The position numbers and the translations under genes are program-made. A DNA stretch of 64,000 nt. Source: Octopus bimaculoides. Taxonomy: Eukaryota. The stretch spans positions 147,195,468 to 147,259,467 of the forward strand of contig NC_068981.1 of the NCBI RefSeq assembly GCF_001194135.2, written 5' to 3'. The notes under the pieces are model-generated. The model was not told the DNA's origin. It was given only the letters and a program-made list of their open reading frames with translations, and made no database searches. Positions within the stretch are counted from its first letter, which is position 1. Every line of letters begins with the position of its first letter. Positions 1 through 12,995 of the stretch are shown here, piece after piece.

Positions 1-41
<41 letters not shown>

Positions 42-64
42 ATATATATATATATATAGGCAAG

Positions 65-202
65 AGGATTTGAAAATGCAGAGGTCTTTTAAAGATGTTT
101 ATTGACTAGACCGGTTTCACTTTTTTTAAAAACGATTTTTAAAAAAGTGAAACCAGTTTAGTCAATAAACATCTTTAAAAGACCTCTGCATTTTCAAATC
201 CT
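65..202. repeat. Near-perfect palindrome (about 67-bp arms, 3-nt loop)
   Basis: GGATTTGAAAATGCAGAGGTCTTTTAAAGATGTTTATTGACTA... is mirrored by ...TAGTCAATAAACATCTTTAAAAGACCTCTGCATTTTCAAATCC with 2 clear mismatches, and the centre ttaaaaa-cga-tttttaa also pairs. Confidence 0.9.
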
Positions 203-399
203 TTTCTCTATATATTTTCACTCGTGCGGTACCTTCCAATTTTACTTTGTTAAATCTATATATCACACTGTATCAATCTCATACACTGCTCTCAGGCGCA
301 ATTTGGAAGTGCTTTTTGATAGGGTTTACTTTCTAAGGGAAATAACCCAATTGAGAATTCTCTCCCCTGCACTAACAAATATTGATTTCATACTCCTAG

Positions 400-526
400 C
401 AGTGTTTCCTAAACTTCTCACTAAATGAGTTTTCCCACGGACCCCAGGATATTGAAAAGTCTGTCAGCTTAACATGCTCACGGATCCCCAGTACTACCTT
501 TGCGGACCACTAGTTGGGAACCACTG
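400..526. mobile_element. Small hAT-like MITE
   Basis: Imperfect terminal inverted repeats CAGTGTTTCCTAAACT / AGTTGGGAACCACTG of Charlie-type pattern; target site duplication degenerate. Confidence 0.5.
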
Positions 527-999
527 CTCTAGCACAAGGCTAGACATATTGATAAAGGAGGATAGTCGATCTTATCGATCCAATATCTGACTGGTTCTTT
601 ATTTTATGGATACTTAATGATATTCAACATAGCTACATTAGCCTTTGTTAGTGCTTTGTTTCTAAATGACTTTCTCAAAAATGATTTCAAATTTTGGCAC
701 CAAACCAGATGACTTTCTTGATAACGCATGTTCCTTTTTTTAATGAAATTTTGTTGAGATATGTCTTCGAAAGTGTAGATTATGATTAATAACGCTAATG
801 AATTTTTTAAAAATATATATTATTTTATTCATTTATTTTATTTCAAAAGAAAAGAAGTTCATAGTTTCTTAATCATTCAACAACTTATTCAACATTCATT
901 GCCCGACAGAAAGAGGGAGAAATAATATTGTCCTATTTGATATTAGTCAATGAAAATAATTCGCAGTTCTTGAGTAGTTGACTTTCTGTACAAAGATCT

Positions 1000-2140
1000 C
1001 GTGATTCAGCTGAGCACCTCTCCCTCGAACTCGCTTCTGGCATCGCCTTTCAGTGTATGCTGATAGCAGCCTACAGCGTTTTTCAATGTCGGAGGATCTC
1101 CCTTCCAGTGCCATTCCACTGTCCACTGCCGGCCATCGAACACAGCTCGAAAATCTTTGTTTATGATGATGTGTGCAGCATACTTTTCTTCGCAACTCTC
1201 ACCACTCTTCTGTCGCGGACTCACAGCGCATAGCGTCCCCGCATCACCGAACGCTACACCGGCTTCATTGCCCGTAACACCTCCCAAACGGAAAATGGCG
1301 TCCATCCCCATCACCACATCGATCCCATCCGCTACGCGATCAATCACAATTGCACGCAACCTCAGTCTTGTTCCTCGTACCACCATCTCCACGTCGCTAC
1401 GTCCTCTGCATTCAACTTCCGTACCGTCTACAGCCCTTACGCTACTCACTCCACTCCATTCTTCTACCACCTCTGGAGTCATTAGGGTTGTTGAGCAGCC
1501 CGTGTCCACGAGGGCTCGTGACACCTTTCCGTTCACCACGACGTCTACTACAGGCAACGACTATATACCGGGACGACTACCGGCGCAGTAGTCTCCCTTG
1601 AACCGTTTCCCAGTACGCATTCCCTAGCGATGTGGCCTATGTCTGCATCAATAGCAAATTACTCCAGNNNNNNNNNNNNNNNNNNNNNNNNNNNNNNCCT
1701 GGGTTCCTTGCAGTCCCTCGCCATGTCCGAACCTTGACACCGAAAACACTGCCCTTTGAAGAGCCGCACACGTTCCTTGTTCGACCCCTCTCCGCCGCTC
1801 CTTGTTTGACCCCTTCTCGGTGTTGCAGTCGCTGCTAAAGGTGTCGTCCTGCCACACGAGACGATGGCTCTGGCCCGAGATATACCTCTCACATCGCCAT
1901 GGAGTGAATATTCGGCAGCTTTTGCAGTTCGACCGACACGTGGTCAGGAAATCCTGTCACAAAGGCTAATTTAACGATTTGTTCCAACGCGTCATCTCTA
2001 TATCCCACGAGTCTAGCCAATCTCCTGATTTCGTTGGCAAACACATCGACATGTTCGCCCATCCACAGGCCCCACATCCGACAGGACATGCCTACTTCCT
2101 CACTTCCGATCCTTCCCTACAACACAGCCTGGCTCATAAC
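1000..2140 (-). mobile_element. Gypsy-like LTR retrotransposon gag-protease fragment
   Basis: ORF 1006..1557 has a retropepsin motif ALVDTGCS...VVMGMD. A frameshifted zinc knuckle (CFRCQG..H..RDC) lies near 1720-1760, and a capsid-like ORF at 1889..2089. Confidence 0.85.
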
Positions 2141-2144
2141 ACCT

Positions 2145-2820
2145 CAAGACTGATGATGCAAATTCCAAGTGTGGACGTACCATTGTCGTATACAATTTTA
2201 AACAGATAGCTGGAGAGTGGCTGACAAATGTCTTACTGAGTGATGCCAGCACCCCATCAGCCTTCTTGACAATCTTCGAGATGTGGTCTGTCCAACGCAG
2301 ATCGTTGCTTACAATAAAGCCCAGATCACATCTGCTAGAGACTTCTTGAGATTAGTGTAGTTGCGGGAGTATGTAAAGGCTAGATCTTTCCTCCTAAAAT
2401 GTATGGTGACGCACTCGTCCACAACTAGCTTGAGTTGCCAGTCAGAAATCCATTGCTGCATTGTATCCAGATCTGATTGCAGGAAAGATCTATAACGCAT
2501 AGGATCTGTTCTTTTTATTTCGAGGTACAGCTAGATGTCATCTGCATATTTCAGCACTGTAACATTCTTCTAAGTTGGCATCTATATCATTAATATATGC
2601 AACAAACAGTAGGGGTCCAAGAACGGATCCCTTCGGTACACCAGAAGTCATCTCATAGGGTGAAGAATGATGCCTTAGAACTGTAACTACCTCTTTCCGA
2701 CCGAGAATGAAGGACTTCAGCAAGTTACAGAGATCATTCTTCAGACTCATTGCAAGGAGTTTTACCACGAGTCGTTTGTGTGACACAGAGTTAAAGGCTT
2801 TAGCAAAATCAACGATGAGG
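2145..2820 (-). mobile_element. CR1/L2-like LINE reverse transcriptase fragment
   Basis: Motifs [26 protein letters not shown], a frameshifted ADD, then DLGFIVSNDLRWSDHI and VRPHLEFASSV. Confidence 0.88.
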
Positions 2821-2824
2821 GTCA

Positions 2825-3450
2825 GGAGTCGTGCGAATAGCAGCTTTGAGCTGTGGTTGGAATCTTTCCAGCATACCATTCGCAGCGGGATGGTAACTGG
2901 TGGTATGGATGTGCTGAACTCCGAGCAATCTCGAAAGTTCATGGAACAGACAAACTTCAAATTGGCGTCCACGATCAGTAGTAATTCTAGAGGGTGCTCC
3001 GAAGCGAGATATCCACCCAGAGATGAGTGCTCTGGCGACTGTTTCCGCGGAAATGTCCACGAGAGGGATGGCCTCAGACCATCTGGAGAAACGGTCGATG
3101 CAAGTCAATATATAAGTAAATCTGCAACTGACCGGCCAAGGACCAACCAGTCGATGTGTATGTGACGGAACCTGGTGTCCGGAGGCTGGAAATGTCCAAG
3201 AGGTGCTCTCACATGACGAAGCACTTTGGAACGCTGACACGTGACCAAGCAGTAATAGGCCGTCACATATTCGGCCAGAAGAAAAAGAAAAACTGCTCTG
3301 AAATTATAGAAAGTGGTCTATGTGAAAACATGCTGTTGGTCCTAACATACTTGAAGACATCTGCGTAAATCTCCGAAGCGATCTGTGATGTCAGCAGTCC
3401 GTTGATCGTCTGCCCTCTAAGCTACGCGCGAAACAGTTTTCATAGGGAAC
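2825..3450 (-). mobile_element. Gypsy-like integrase fragment
   Basis: Core [12 protein letters not shown]...ITTDRGRQF...[14 protein letters not shown] in ORF 2809..3240, with upstream CQRSKVLRH. Confidence 0.9.
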
Positions 3451-4329
3451 CAGAAGCCTAATTTTAGAACATTCCACAAAACCCACATCACACTACAGCT
3501 TCACGCTGATCGGTCGATTTATTCACCGATCACGTGAAACTATAGTGTTTCACTCGTAGTGTCTGACCGAGTATCTAGCGGTTAGGTTTTGAATCCTTGC
3601 TACAGTAGCAACATCAATAATTTCTTCAGTCCCAAACATTCTGCTGTGATGCATACTATCACAGAAAGACATCAGCTGATGTACTCTAACAAAGGACACT
3701 TTATCCACGCCCACTGAGGACAGTGTCAAAAGAAAGCTTCTGCGTGGTCACTCAGATTGTTTTCAAATCGTACCATGCTGCCTTTAAAAAGCAAAAACAC
3801 ATTAGAGAATGTGTAAGCATTAGATAATGCAATCATAAATATACAAGATGGTGTGATTAGTAACAGCTGCTCGATTAGGGTTGATCTGAGATTAAATAGC
3901 AATAAATAGCAAATTAGAATAGGATAAGTAATGGAAATAACCATATCCATATTGCTTCACTAGACCGCACAACAAATCTGTATATGTCGGAATGTACATT
4001 TTGTAAACGACCGTGCGAAGGAGAGGTGACGAGAATGGCTCCTTTAGTACATCGCACGGTCGATACAATAAATATGAAAAGGATGAATGAGTATAAATGC
4101 CAGAAGGAAAAGAGAGACACAACTGGGTAGAATGTTTAAGAGAAGATTTTATTGATAGGTTAACATGTGTGTCTGTGTGTGCGTCATATATGCATAATAA
4201 TAGACAAGCTGTCATGTATACATAATGTATGTGTGTGCAAACATGGATGTATGCGTGTGCGTTAAGTACAGAGCATTGAAAGAGTCTATAATATGACGTT
4301 AGAAGAATGTTCAGAATGTTCGTAGTCAA

Positions 4330-4896
4330 TGTACACGATAGTTGAAATGCTGTATCAAAAAGTTGTGGCTGTAATGCAGAGCCGGTTGGGGTACCTATCG
4401 TACGTGAAGTCGTGGCTACGATGCAAAGCCGGTCACTTGTTACAGGAGTTCTCGTAGGTTGTATTTGCTGCTAACCATGGTGAAGCAATCCACAGCAATG
4501 TGGAGATAGAACCTGTGCGTTGGTTGCTGGTTGCTGTGTACGTAGAGAGACGATGTTGACGACGTTAAGAAGACGGAGGCGACGAAGATGGTGATTGCCG
4601 TATGCTGTTGGACAAGTATTGATGAGTCTCCATGTGGCTGCTGTTGTGTCGTCGCTGGAACTGGCTGTATGCGCTGTGGTCAAAATGTCTGGAACCGAAA
4701 GACATCGACTCTATGTGTCGCTGAAGTTTTATAGGGTGCAGTCAGCTCACCAGAGGTTTAGAAAAGACTGTCTCACGTGACCTTATCAGAAGGCTGCGAT
4801 TGGTTGGGTTGCATTCGGAGTAGTGGACACAACAGGGTCAAAAAGGGCGGTCGAAGGCTAGCTGTTATCCACAACGTCCGTATTGTGTATATATAA
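4330..4896. repeat. GC-richer dispersed repeat, possibly a solo LTR; related partial copy at about 7838-8150
   Basis: Shares blocks TGTCGTCGCTGGAACTGGCTG, CTCTCACGTGACCTTAT and GGACACAACAGG with 7838-8150; LTR identity is inferred only. Confidence 0.4.
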
Positions 4897-5075
4897 CAGA
4901 GAGAGAGGAATTTCCCTCAAGTCGTACGCTGCATACCTATCAGTTAGACAGTGAATTTTTGTGTATTATATTTGTAAATGAATAATCACCAATATAAATG
5001 TGTGTGTGTGCGTGAATGGATGCCAGAATGGGCCGATGTAAACAGATGTACATTATTTACATCTTGTTTGTTGTT

Positions 5076-5121
5076 AAAACAATGTTTCGGTCGATATACC
5101 CTCCAGCCTTCATCAGGTGTC
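5076..5121 (-). ncRNA. Degenerate minimal type I hammerhead-ribozyme-like motif
   Basis: Minus strand reads GACAC-CTGATGA-AGGCTGGAGGGTATATCGACC-GAAAC-ATT-GTTTT. Both core boxes are present, but helices I and III are imperfect. Confidence 0.4.
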
Positions 5122-5343
5122 TTAGGGAAATTTTGAACCTGGGTTCTCATGCCCAAGGTATTTTTCGATGTTGTTGTTATTATTATTATCATTCAGGTCA
5201 CTGCCTGGAATCGAACTCGGAATCTTGGGGTTAGTAGCCCTTCCCGCTAACCGTGATCAATGGTTTCGCATCCACAAAAGTCTTAGCTGCGTGAACGTCT
5301 TGTCAAACTTTAAATCCGAAGAGAAATGTATATACCAAAGTAT

Positions 5344-5386
<43 letters not shown>

Positions 5387-5499
5387 NNNNNNNNNNNNNN
5401 NNNNNNNNNNNNNNNNNNNNNNNNNNNNNNNNNNNNNNNNNNNNNNNNNNNNNNNNNNNNNNNNNNNNNNNATGTGTATGTCTCTTATAATTTTTAATT

Positions 5500-6400
5500 A
5501 TTATAAATCTTCCACTGAGGAGGGACCCGGTTTCCAACAAAGATACAAGGCTCCACCTTTGGGATGTAGTTAACACAGACAAATTCACATTTGGGACTTG
5601 AGAAAAGTCTTGCATATTTTTACTATTCCACTCACAGATTACACTTGTAATGTACGAATTAGCCGGTCGATATTTGTTTCTGAAAATCCCAGTTTATCCA
5701 GATTCTCCTTTAAGCATTTACTAACAAAACCTAGAGCTCCAATTGTTATTGGTATGAATATGAATTCATTGTCTGGATATAGAAGCTGTAGGTTTCGAAA
5801 CAGATGTCCATACATATCCTCTTTTTCTTTCATTTTCAAAGAGATATTTATATCTGCAGAGCAGCTCACCTCTATAATGGTACACACCTTTGCTTCTATG
5901 TCCCAAACAACAATATCCGGCCTGTTATGTTTACATTTGACAGAAGTTTTAATGGGAATATTCCACCAGTATTCCTTGAATTGGTGTTTATGAATGTATT
6001 CCATAACAGAGGGATTTTCTAAGTTTATTTCAGGATAGTCTTTTTTTTTTTTTTGGACGGCATTGTAAATTGTTTTGGCAACAACATCGTGCCGCATAGG
6101 GAGGTAGTACCGAGACGACATTTTAGGACAGCTACTAATCACATGCGTGGTGTCTTCCACAGAAACATGACAGCCTACGCATGTGGTTGCACCTTGGGAT
6201 TACAAGAGTATCACTGTCTACGTATGTATGTATGTACGTACGTACGTATGTATGTATGTATGTATTTATGTATGTATGTATGTATCCTATCACATTTTCT
6301 TCTCTTGCAATCATAGTTGTCTCTGCTTCTCTGAACATTTTTTTGACTTAATGCTGTCCACTTCGGTCTTTCTTTCGGCATCCTAGTTGCATCTCACCTC
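5500..6400 (-). mobile_element. 5'-truncated non-LTR retrotransposon with restriction-like endonuclease (R2/R4/NeSL-type)
   Basis: CCHC finger CVGCHVSVEDTTHVISSC followed by RHD, NRPDIVV and IIEVSC in ORF 5639..6160; interrupted by a (TATG)n tract near 6220-6285. Confidence 0.85.
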
Positions 6401-6504
6401 CTCAGAATCTGCACTTTACACTTCAACCATATTCTCACCTATCCGTGTTGCCCTTCTATCCTCATACAGTTATCTGCATATCTTAACTTACCTTGCCTCA
6501 GGCT

Positions 6505-6800
6505 CTCAACTCGTTCACAGACTCGTGTACCCTTAACGTAGTTCTCGGAGAGATTCAGCGTGACACAGAGTGTGACAAGGTTGGCCCTTTGAAATACAAG
6601 TACAACAGAAACAGGAAGAAGGAGTGAGAGAAAGTTGTGGTGAAAGAGTACAGCAGGGTACGCCACCATCCCCTGCCGGAGCCTTGTGGAGCTTTGGGTG
6701 TTTTCGCTCAATAAACCTTCACAACGCCCGGTCTAGGAATCGAAACCGCGATCCTACGACCACGTGTCCACTACTCTAGCCACTGGATCATTACGCCTCC
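6505..6800 (-). mobile_element. tRNA-derived SINE
   Basis: Head with A/B-box-like sequence (GGCGTAATGATCCAGTGG...GGTTTCGATTCC); the body is shared with the copy at about 39880-40095. Confidence 0.7.
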
Positions 6801-9748
6801 ACACATACACACGCACACACACACACATATATATATATGGGTACAGGACGTCACCAACAGTAAACAACATGGAATACGAAAATAAATGAGTTAAATACGC
6901 AATAACGAGAGAAAATGGCAAACAAGACGAGTAATACAAAGAAAGACCCTTCGTCAGTTGTCGGCTGTCTATCTTCTCCCTGTTTCGAGCAATCAACGAT
7001 AATATGACTCTTCGAAGACAGCTGTCCCATAAATACCAAAATAAAATTTTGGATTTATGGAGGGTCAAAGTTGGGAAAAGAAAACAGGACAGTGGAGACA
7101 TAGAGGGAAACTGAACGAAAACAAACAAGGAGGGTCGTTCGACCTGAACGAGGGGAAAATAATGAACGCTGAGAGAAATATTTTCTTTGAAAAGAGAAAA
7201 GATAGAAGAGAGAGATAGGATGCACCCAGTTCTTAGAACATCCGTGCAGGAAAAAATGGTGGTCACGTGAGGAAAAGAAAGATGGACAATGGTCACGTGT
7301 GAGCAACGAGAGAGAAAGAGAGGGAGACAGAGAGACATAGAAAACTGTGAAAAGGAGAAAAAGGGAATTAGAGGATTAGAGAGGATAGGGGAGAAAATAG
7401 TATAGAGTCGCATCAAAAAGGTTAAGATAAATTCACCTGAAAATGGATGCGTGACGTTCAATTAAATAATAATATAATGTGTGTGTGTGTGTGTGTGTAT
7501 TAGTAAATATGCATTGAACATAACTAGAGATTAGTGCTCCCGACACCGACTTAGTTTTTCCTCACAAATTTCTAAATAAAGCATTTTTTTTTATAACTTG
7601 CATTTTCGAGTGTATACATTACGATAATGATTATTTTTATATTTTTAATATATCTCATTTTATTTAGAAATGGAAAAAAGGTCCACAGCTGTTTCAGCAT
7701 TCAGTAAGTTAGGCATGACCGTTCTTCAAAAATGATATCTGTAAGATGGAAGGTGACACATTACAGAATATCATTCAGGATATTTTGGAAGTCTATTTAG
7801 TGGGCTAGTTTTAAAATACTTTTATTTCTGAATATATCTGTCGTCGCTGGAACTGGCTGCTTGGTTGGTGCTGTGTTACGCGTGTGTGTGGTCAAACGAC
7901 CAGATCCTACAAGATCTGAGCCGCGACGAATTGGCGGGGATAATTTAGGCTATTTATAGATACAGGTAGGCTCCAGAGAAGCATCAGAAGAACACTCTCA
8001 CGTGACCTTATTAGGGGCTACGGTTGGTCGGTTTGCGTCCTGGGGTGAACGGACTGGAGATAATTTACCCGCGCAAAGAATAGTCAGTCAGGTGATGGAC
8101 ACAACAGGCGGGAAAGAGTTGCTTTCTACTACGCTCGCCTGTTAATATATATTCTAGTGAGAGAAGTGTTCACTACATATCTAATCAACACTGTACATAT
8201 TAGGTTAAAGGCCAATCGAAAATGTTTTTCACCAGGCCTTTCAATTCCTTATTGACAATGATGTTATCTCAATCCGGATACCATCATAGTTTTTTTGTTT
8301 TTGTTTTTTTTTATACCATGATGATAATTAAGTTATTGGACTGTTTACAAGATATAATCTTCTTTCTGAACAAATAAATAAAAATCTAAAACAAATATTT
8401 CATCGACATAATTATCTATGCCTTTGAAAATAAAACCTTGCAAAAGTTCATAAAAGTAAGAATTAAGAAATTTATGAGTATGCAAATACATCATTCGGAC
8501 TTCCCATATACATATTAATCGTTCCAATCAGTTTCAATTTATTATAGGCATAACTATACAAATGAGCCCCCACACCGTTTCTTTATAACTTTCTGAAAAA
8601 ATGAATATTTTTTAATGAAATTTTCTTCCCGAGAAAGGGCCGCATTACTAAAAAAGAAACACGAAGGTAAACTTTTGTTAAGTGTAAAGCATTCAGAAAG
8701 TCCTGCGAGCCGCAGGTTACCTATGAATGATACAGGTTTCAAATTATGGCACAAGGCCAGCAAGTTCAGGGAAGTTGGGTAAGACGATTACATTGACCCT
8801 AGTGCTCGACCCTGAGAGGATGAAAGGCAGGGTAGATCTCAGTGGAATTTGAACTCACACCATAAAAACGGACGAATTGCTACTAAAGATTTTGGCCGGC
8901 GTACTAACCATTCTGCCAACTCACCGCTTTACTCGTGATTACTATAAATTGTCCGCGAGGTTTCGAACGGAAATTGAATCAGAGTTATCTCGCTTCACGT
9001 TTTATTTACATTTACTTTGATTTGACATAATGACGTGGGGCTGTCGGTCAAAATTGTCTTCCTTCTGATGTCGCTTATTTTAATGAATGTGCCCTGGATG
9101 TTATTAGATCATTAATTACGAGACACCGCTCTTAATAGTATGTAATCCAATTGATTGTTATATTTTCTGTTTATCCTATTGTTTATTGTTTAAAGTGAAT
9201 AGTTTGTATTACAGATTACACAGAATTACAGGAAGAACGTATTTAAATACGTGACGACTAAAACGTTCTATATATAAATTATATTAAAACGTGACGATTA
9301 AAACGTTTTATATATATTATATTATATTCTATTATATAAGACTGCGGCCTTGCTGGGACATTACTTTGAAGTGTTTAGTCGAACAAATCTACCCTAATAC
9401 TTATTTTCAAAAGGTTTGGTACTTATTCTATATCATTTTGTTGAATCGCTAAGTTACGTGACATAAACAAGCCAACATCAGTTGTCAATCAGTGGTGGGG
9501 GATAAACACGAACACACACACCAGATTTATACGTATTCAACGTTCTTTCAGTTTCCGTCTCCGAAATCCACTCAATATGTTTTGGTCGACCCGAGGCTAT
9601 AGTAGAAGACACATGCCCAAGGGTCCACGCAGTGGGACTGAACCCAGAACCATGTAGTTATGAAATGAACTCTTTACCACACAGCTACCCCTGGTATATA
9701 AAACGCATCTATATGTGTGTGTGTGTATGTAGTATAAATCGACACGCG

Positions 9749-9817
<69 letters not shown>

Positions 9818-9889
9818 GATGAAACGCGTGCTTTATAAAGCATTAAATACCATTTTTTTCTGTATTTTATTAGTATTGTTATATATGTG

Positions 9890-10130
9890 TGGAAACGAGT
9901 GGCTTAGAGATTAGGTTCTGGTACTCAAGATCGTAAGTGATTACCATTCCTGGATCGCGCAATGCGTTGTTTTCTTGAGCAAAGCACTTCACTTGACGTT
10001 ACTCAAGTCCAGTCAAGTGGCAAAAATGGATAAACCTGCGACCGACCGGCGTCCTGTCCAGAACAGTTAAATATATATACGCCACAGAATTCGAAAAACC
10101 TTCCTGATCAACCTTAAAGCACGAGAAAGA
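9890..10130 (+). mobile_element. tRNA-derived SINE with conserved central domain (degenerate)
   Basis: GTGGCTTAG head, then CTTGAGCAAAGCACTTCAC and CTGCGACCGACCGGCGTCCTGTCCAG; related minus copies near 15600-15850 and 39980-40095. Confidence 0.55.
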
Positions 10131-11284
10131 CCTTTGATTTTTTTTTTTTTTAATATGCACATATATGACGTTAAACTGCATCCAGGCGTAGGGCCTTGGG
10201 ATATGATTCCAGGCTTTTGAGAAGTGTGGAACCACCTCTTAACCACTATTGTTTCTAAATCTACTCTGACCCGAGAAGTAACATCTGTTAGGGTCCCAGC
10301 TATATGTTAACTAGCATGTGAACCACTGGAAGTAAAAGACCCATAGTTCTCATTAAAACTTCCTTCTAGGAGAAGATAAACTCGTATAAAAATGAAAACA
10401 AAACCTCGAAGTTCAGTTGGTTTCTGGTCGTCTCAACCGCTGTTGTTGTTCCACTGGTGTTATAACTAATTGCGCTAAGAAGTGGGTTCAGTGCTGTGCA
10501 ACACTTTATCGACTCAAAACAAATTCACGCACAAGAACTTCTTAAACACTTGGAACATTTGCATAGACTTGCTGAGCTTAGGAAGTGGCCTTACACATTC
10601 ACGAGTTGACTTCCACCATATATATGCGTGCGTGTGTGTGTGGAAATTAAGTTGTTCACTTCACAACCTTGTGGTGTTTTGTGTTCAGTCCCATTGCTTG
10701 GCATCTTAGGTTAGTGTCTTCTGCTATAGCTTGCCAATGCCTTCTGAGCTGATTTGATAGACAGGGCCCTTTTGTGTGTGTGAGAGAGAGTGCAAAATGA
10801 TGATATGTCATTTATGTTATATCCTTAACATTATGAAGATCTGTCAATTAAAAAAATTTCTTTGCTTAAAACCTGATAAATGTTTGTAACAGAAAGAGTA
10901 TTCAGCTATAAAATAGACTGCCTCAAATAAGTTTTCCTAATGTGCATGTATAATCCTATAGCAATGGAATGAGAGAAAAACTGCATATAAGAGATACTAG
11001 ATGTTATGTGCAAGATGGAAAGCTGTGCTGATATGCTCATGTGAAGCAGGTGAGTGATAACAGCTTGCTAATGATGTGCCAAGAACTCAGTGTGAATGGA
11101 GGAATTGCAGGAGGGTGACCCTAGAAACCTTGGGATGAAGTGGTGAAGACAAATCTCAAGATATTGAATCTCGCAAAGTCATTAACCTTTTCCTAATGCC
11201 AACCACTTTACAGAATGTACTGTGTGCTGTGTGCTTTTAGAGGGATGCTGGGGACTTGCTTGTATGCAAGGATGACCATGTATT

Positions 11285-11665
11285 TACTTAGTTTGACATG
11301 TCTTCTCTGGTACAGCAAACTGCCAGGAGTTGCAGTCCCCTATCATCCCCTCTGTGAGGCCAAACATAGGAAGATCCTTTCTCACCACTTCATCCCACAT
11401 CTTCTGGGTCTACCCCTTACACATGTTCCCTCCACAATTAGAGCTCAGCATTTCTTGATGCAACTGTCCTCATTCATATATATTACATAGCTATACCAAT
11501 GCAGTCTTCTCTCTTGCACACTACCTCTGATACCCAGTTTTTCACTCAAATCACTTACACTCTATTGTATATGCATACTGACATTACCCATCTAGCTTCA
11601 TTTCTTTCAAGCCTTTGCATGTCCTCAGCAGTTACAGCCCATGTTTCCCTGCCATGTAGCATAGC
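11285..11665 (-). mobile_element. RTE-like LINE fragment; a further plus-strand fragment at about 10960-11160
   Basis: Nucleotide similarity to 38020-38290 within this window. Confidence 0.65.
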
Positions 11666-12861
11666 TAATATGTATGTATATATGTATATTAAGCTCTAAA
11701 GAAAATCATTTTCTTATTTTATTTCTTAATTATATAAAGTTTGGATAAAAGCATTGTAACAACAAGGTGTTTCTAAAGTTACTGGATAAGTATATATAGA
11801 ATTAAGTAAATATAGTAAAAGCTAGCAATCGTGTAATACACACACATACGCGTGCACACATTTATTTATTTATATTTGTACATACATTATATACTAGCCA
11901 ATACTAAATCTCTCGTTTCAGGTCATAAAAATAGCCTTAAGACGCTAATCAGATTACCATGAATTAAAGTATTAAAGACAATGATAATCAACAAATGTAC
12001 TACGATATTTTCAATTGAGCAGAGAGTCATTCAATGCAATCAGATGTTTTGTAAGAATGAAATTCGTTACTATTTACAGATGTATTTCATAGAAAAGCTT
12101 TATTTGGGTTGTAAGTAATTTATTTATTATTCTTTAATTGTTGAAGAGAATTAATATAAACTGTATTTTAGTTGAGAGTTGTAATGATAACGGCTCATTA
12201 AGAACATTATATATAGTTATAGATATATATGCTCACATATACGGATATGTATGCACACTCACATACATACACATATATAAACATACATACGCTCGCACAC
12301 ATATACATACAAAGATGCCCGTGTGTGCATACACACACACACGCACATATCTATGTATCTATATATATACATACACACACTCTCATACACATACATATAA
12401 ATATATATATATTCATACATAAATACATACACACACACATACACATAGATATATACATACACATATACACACACGCACACATACACATATGTACATGCAC
12501 TCACATACATACAATTATCTATTCACACATGACATGCCCAAACACAGACCTGGAATTATGTATGCTACTACTACTGGATAGCACAAAGTAAATCTGAAGG
12601 TGGACAAGCTCTATACTGTACTCTGCTACATTCTTAACAGAATATACCATAACTACAAGTGTATGTATGTATATATGTGTGTGTGTATACATACATATAT
12701 GTGTGTGTGTATGTTTACACATATATATAAATGTGTGTCTTTCAAAATTGCACCTGTCTGATAAGTAATTTAATCTGAAACTATATGTTGAGGGTAAAGC
12801 AATAACAGTGTAGTAAGTTCATTTTTAGTCATTCAAAAACATGTAGAAGCTTCTCTTAATC

Positions 12862-12895
<34 letters not shown>

Positions 12896-12941
12896 TATTT
12901 ACATATGTACATATGCATATATTTGTATGCGTATGTACATC

Positions 12942-12995
<54 letters not shown>

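Noticed and set aside
6730-6800. tRNA-like sequence
   Set aside because: It is the head of a SINE, continuous with the repeat body, and I could not form an intact cloverleaf
8979-8990. TCAGAGTTATCT shared with 34224-34235 upstream of ZNF330, suggesting a promoter motif
   Set aside because: Shared 12-mers are expected by chance in 64 kb, and there is no transcription-start evidence
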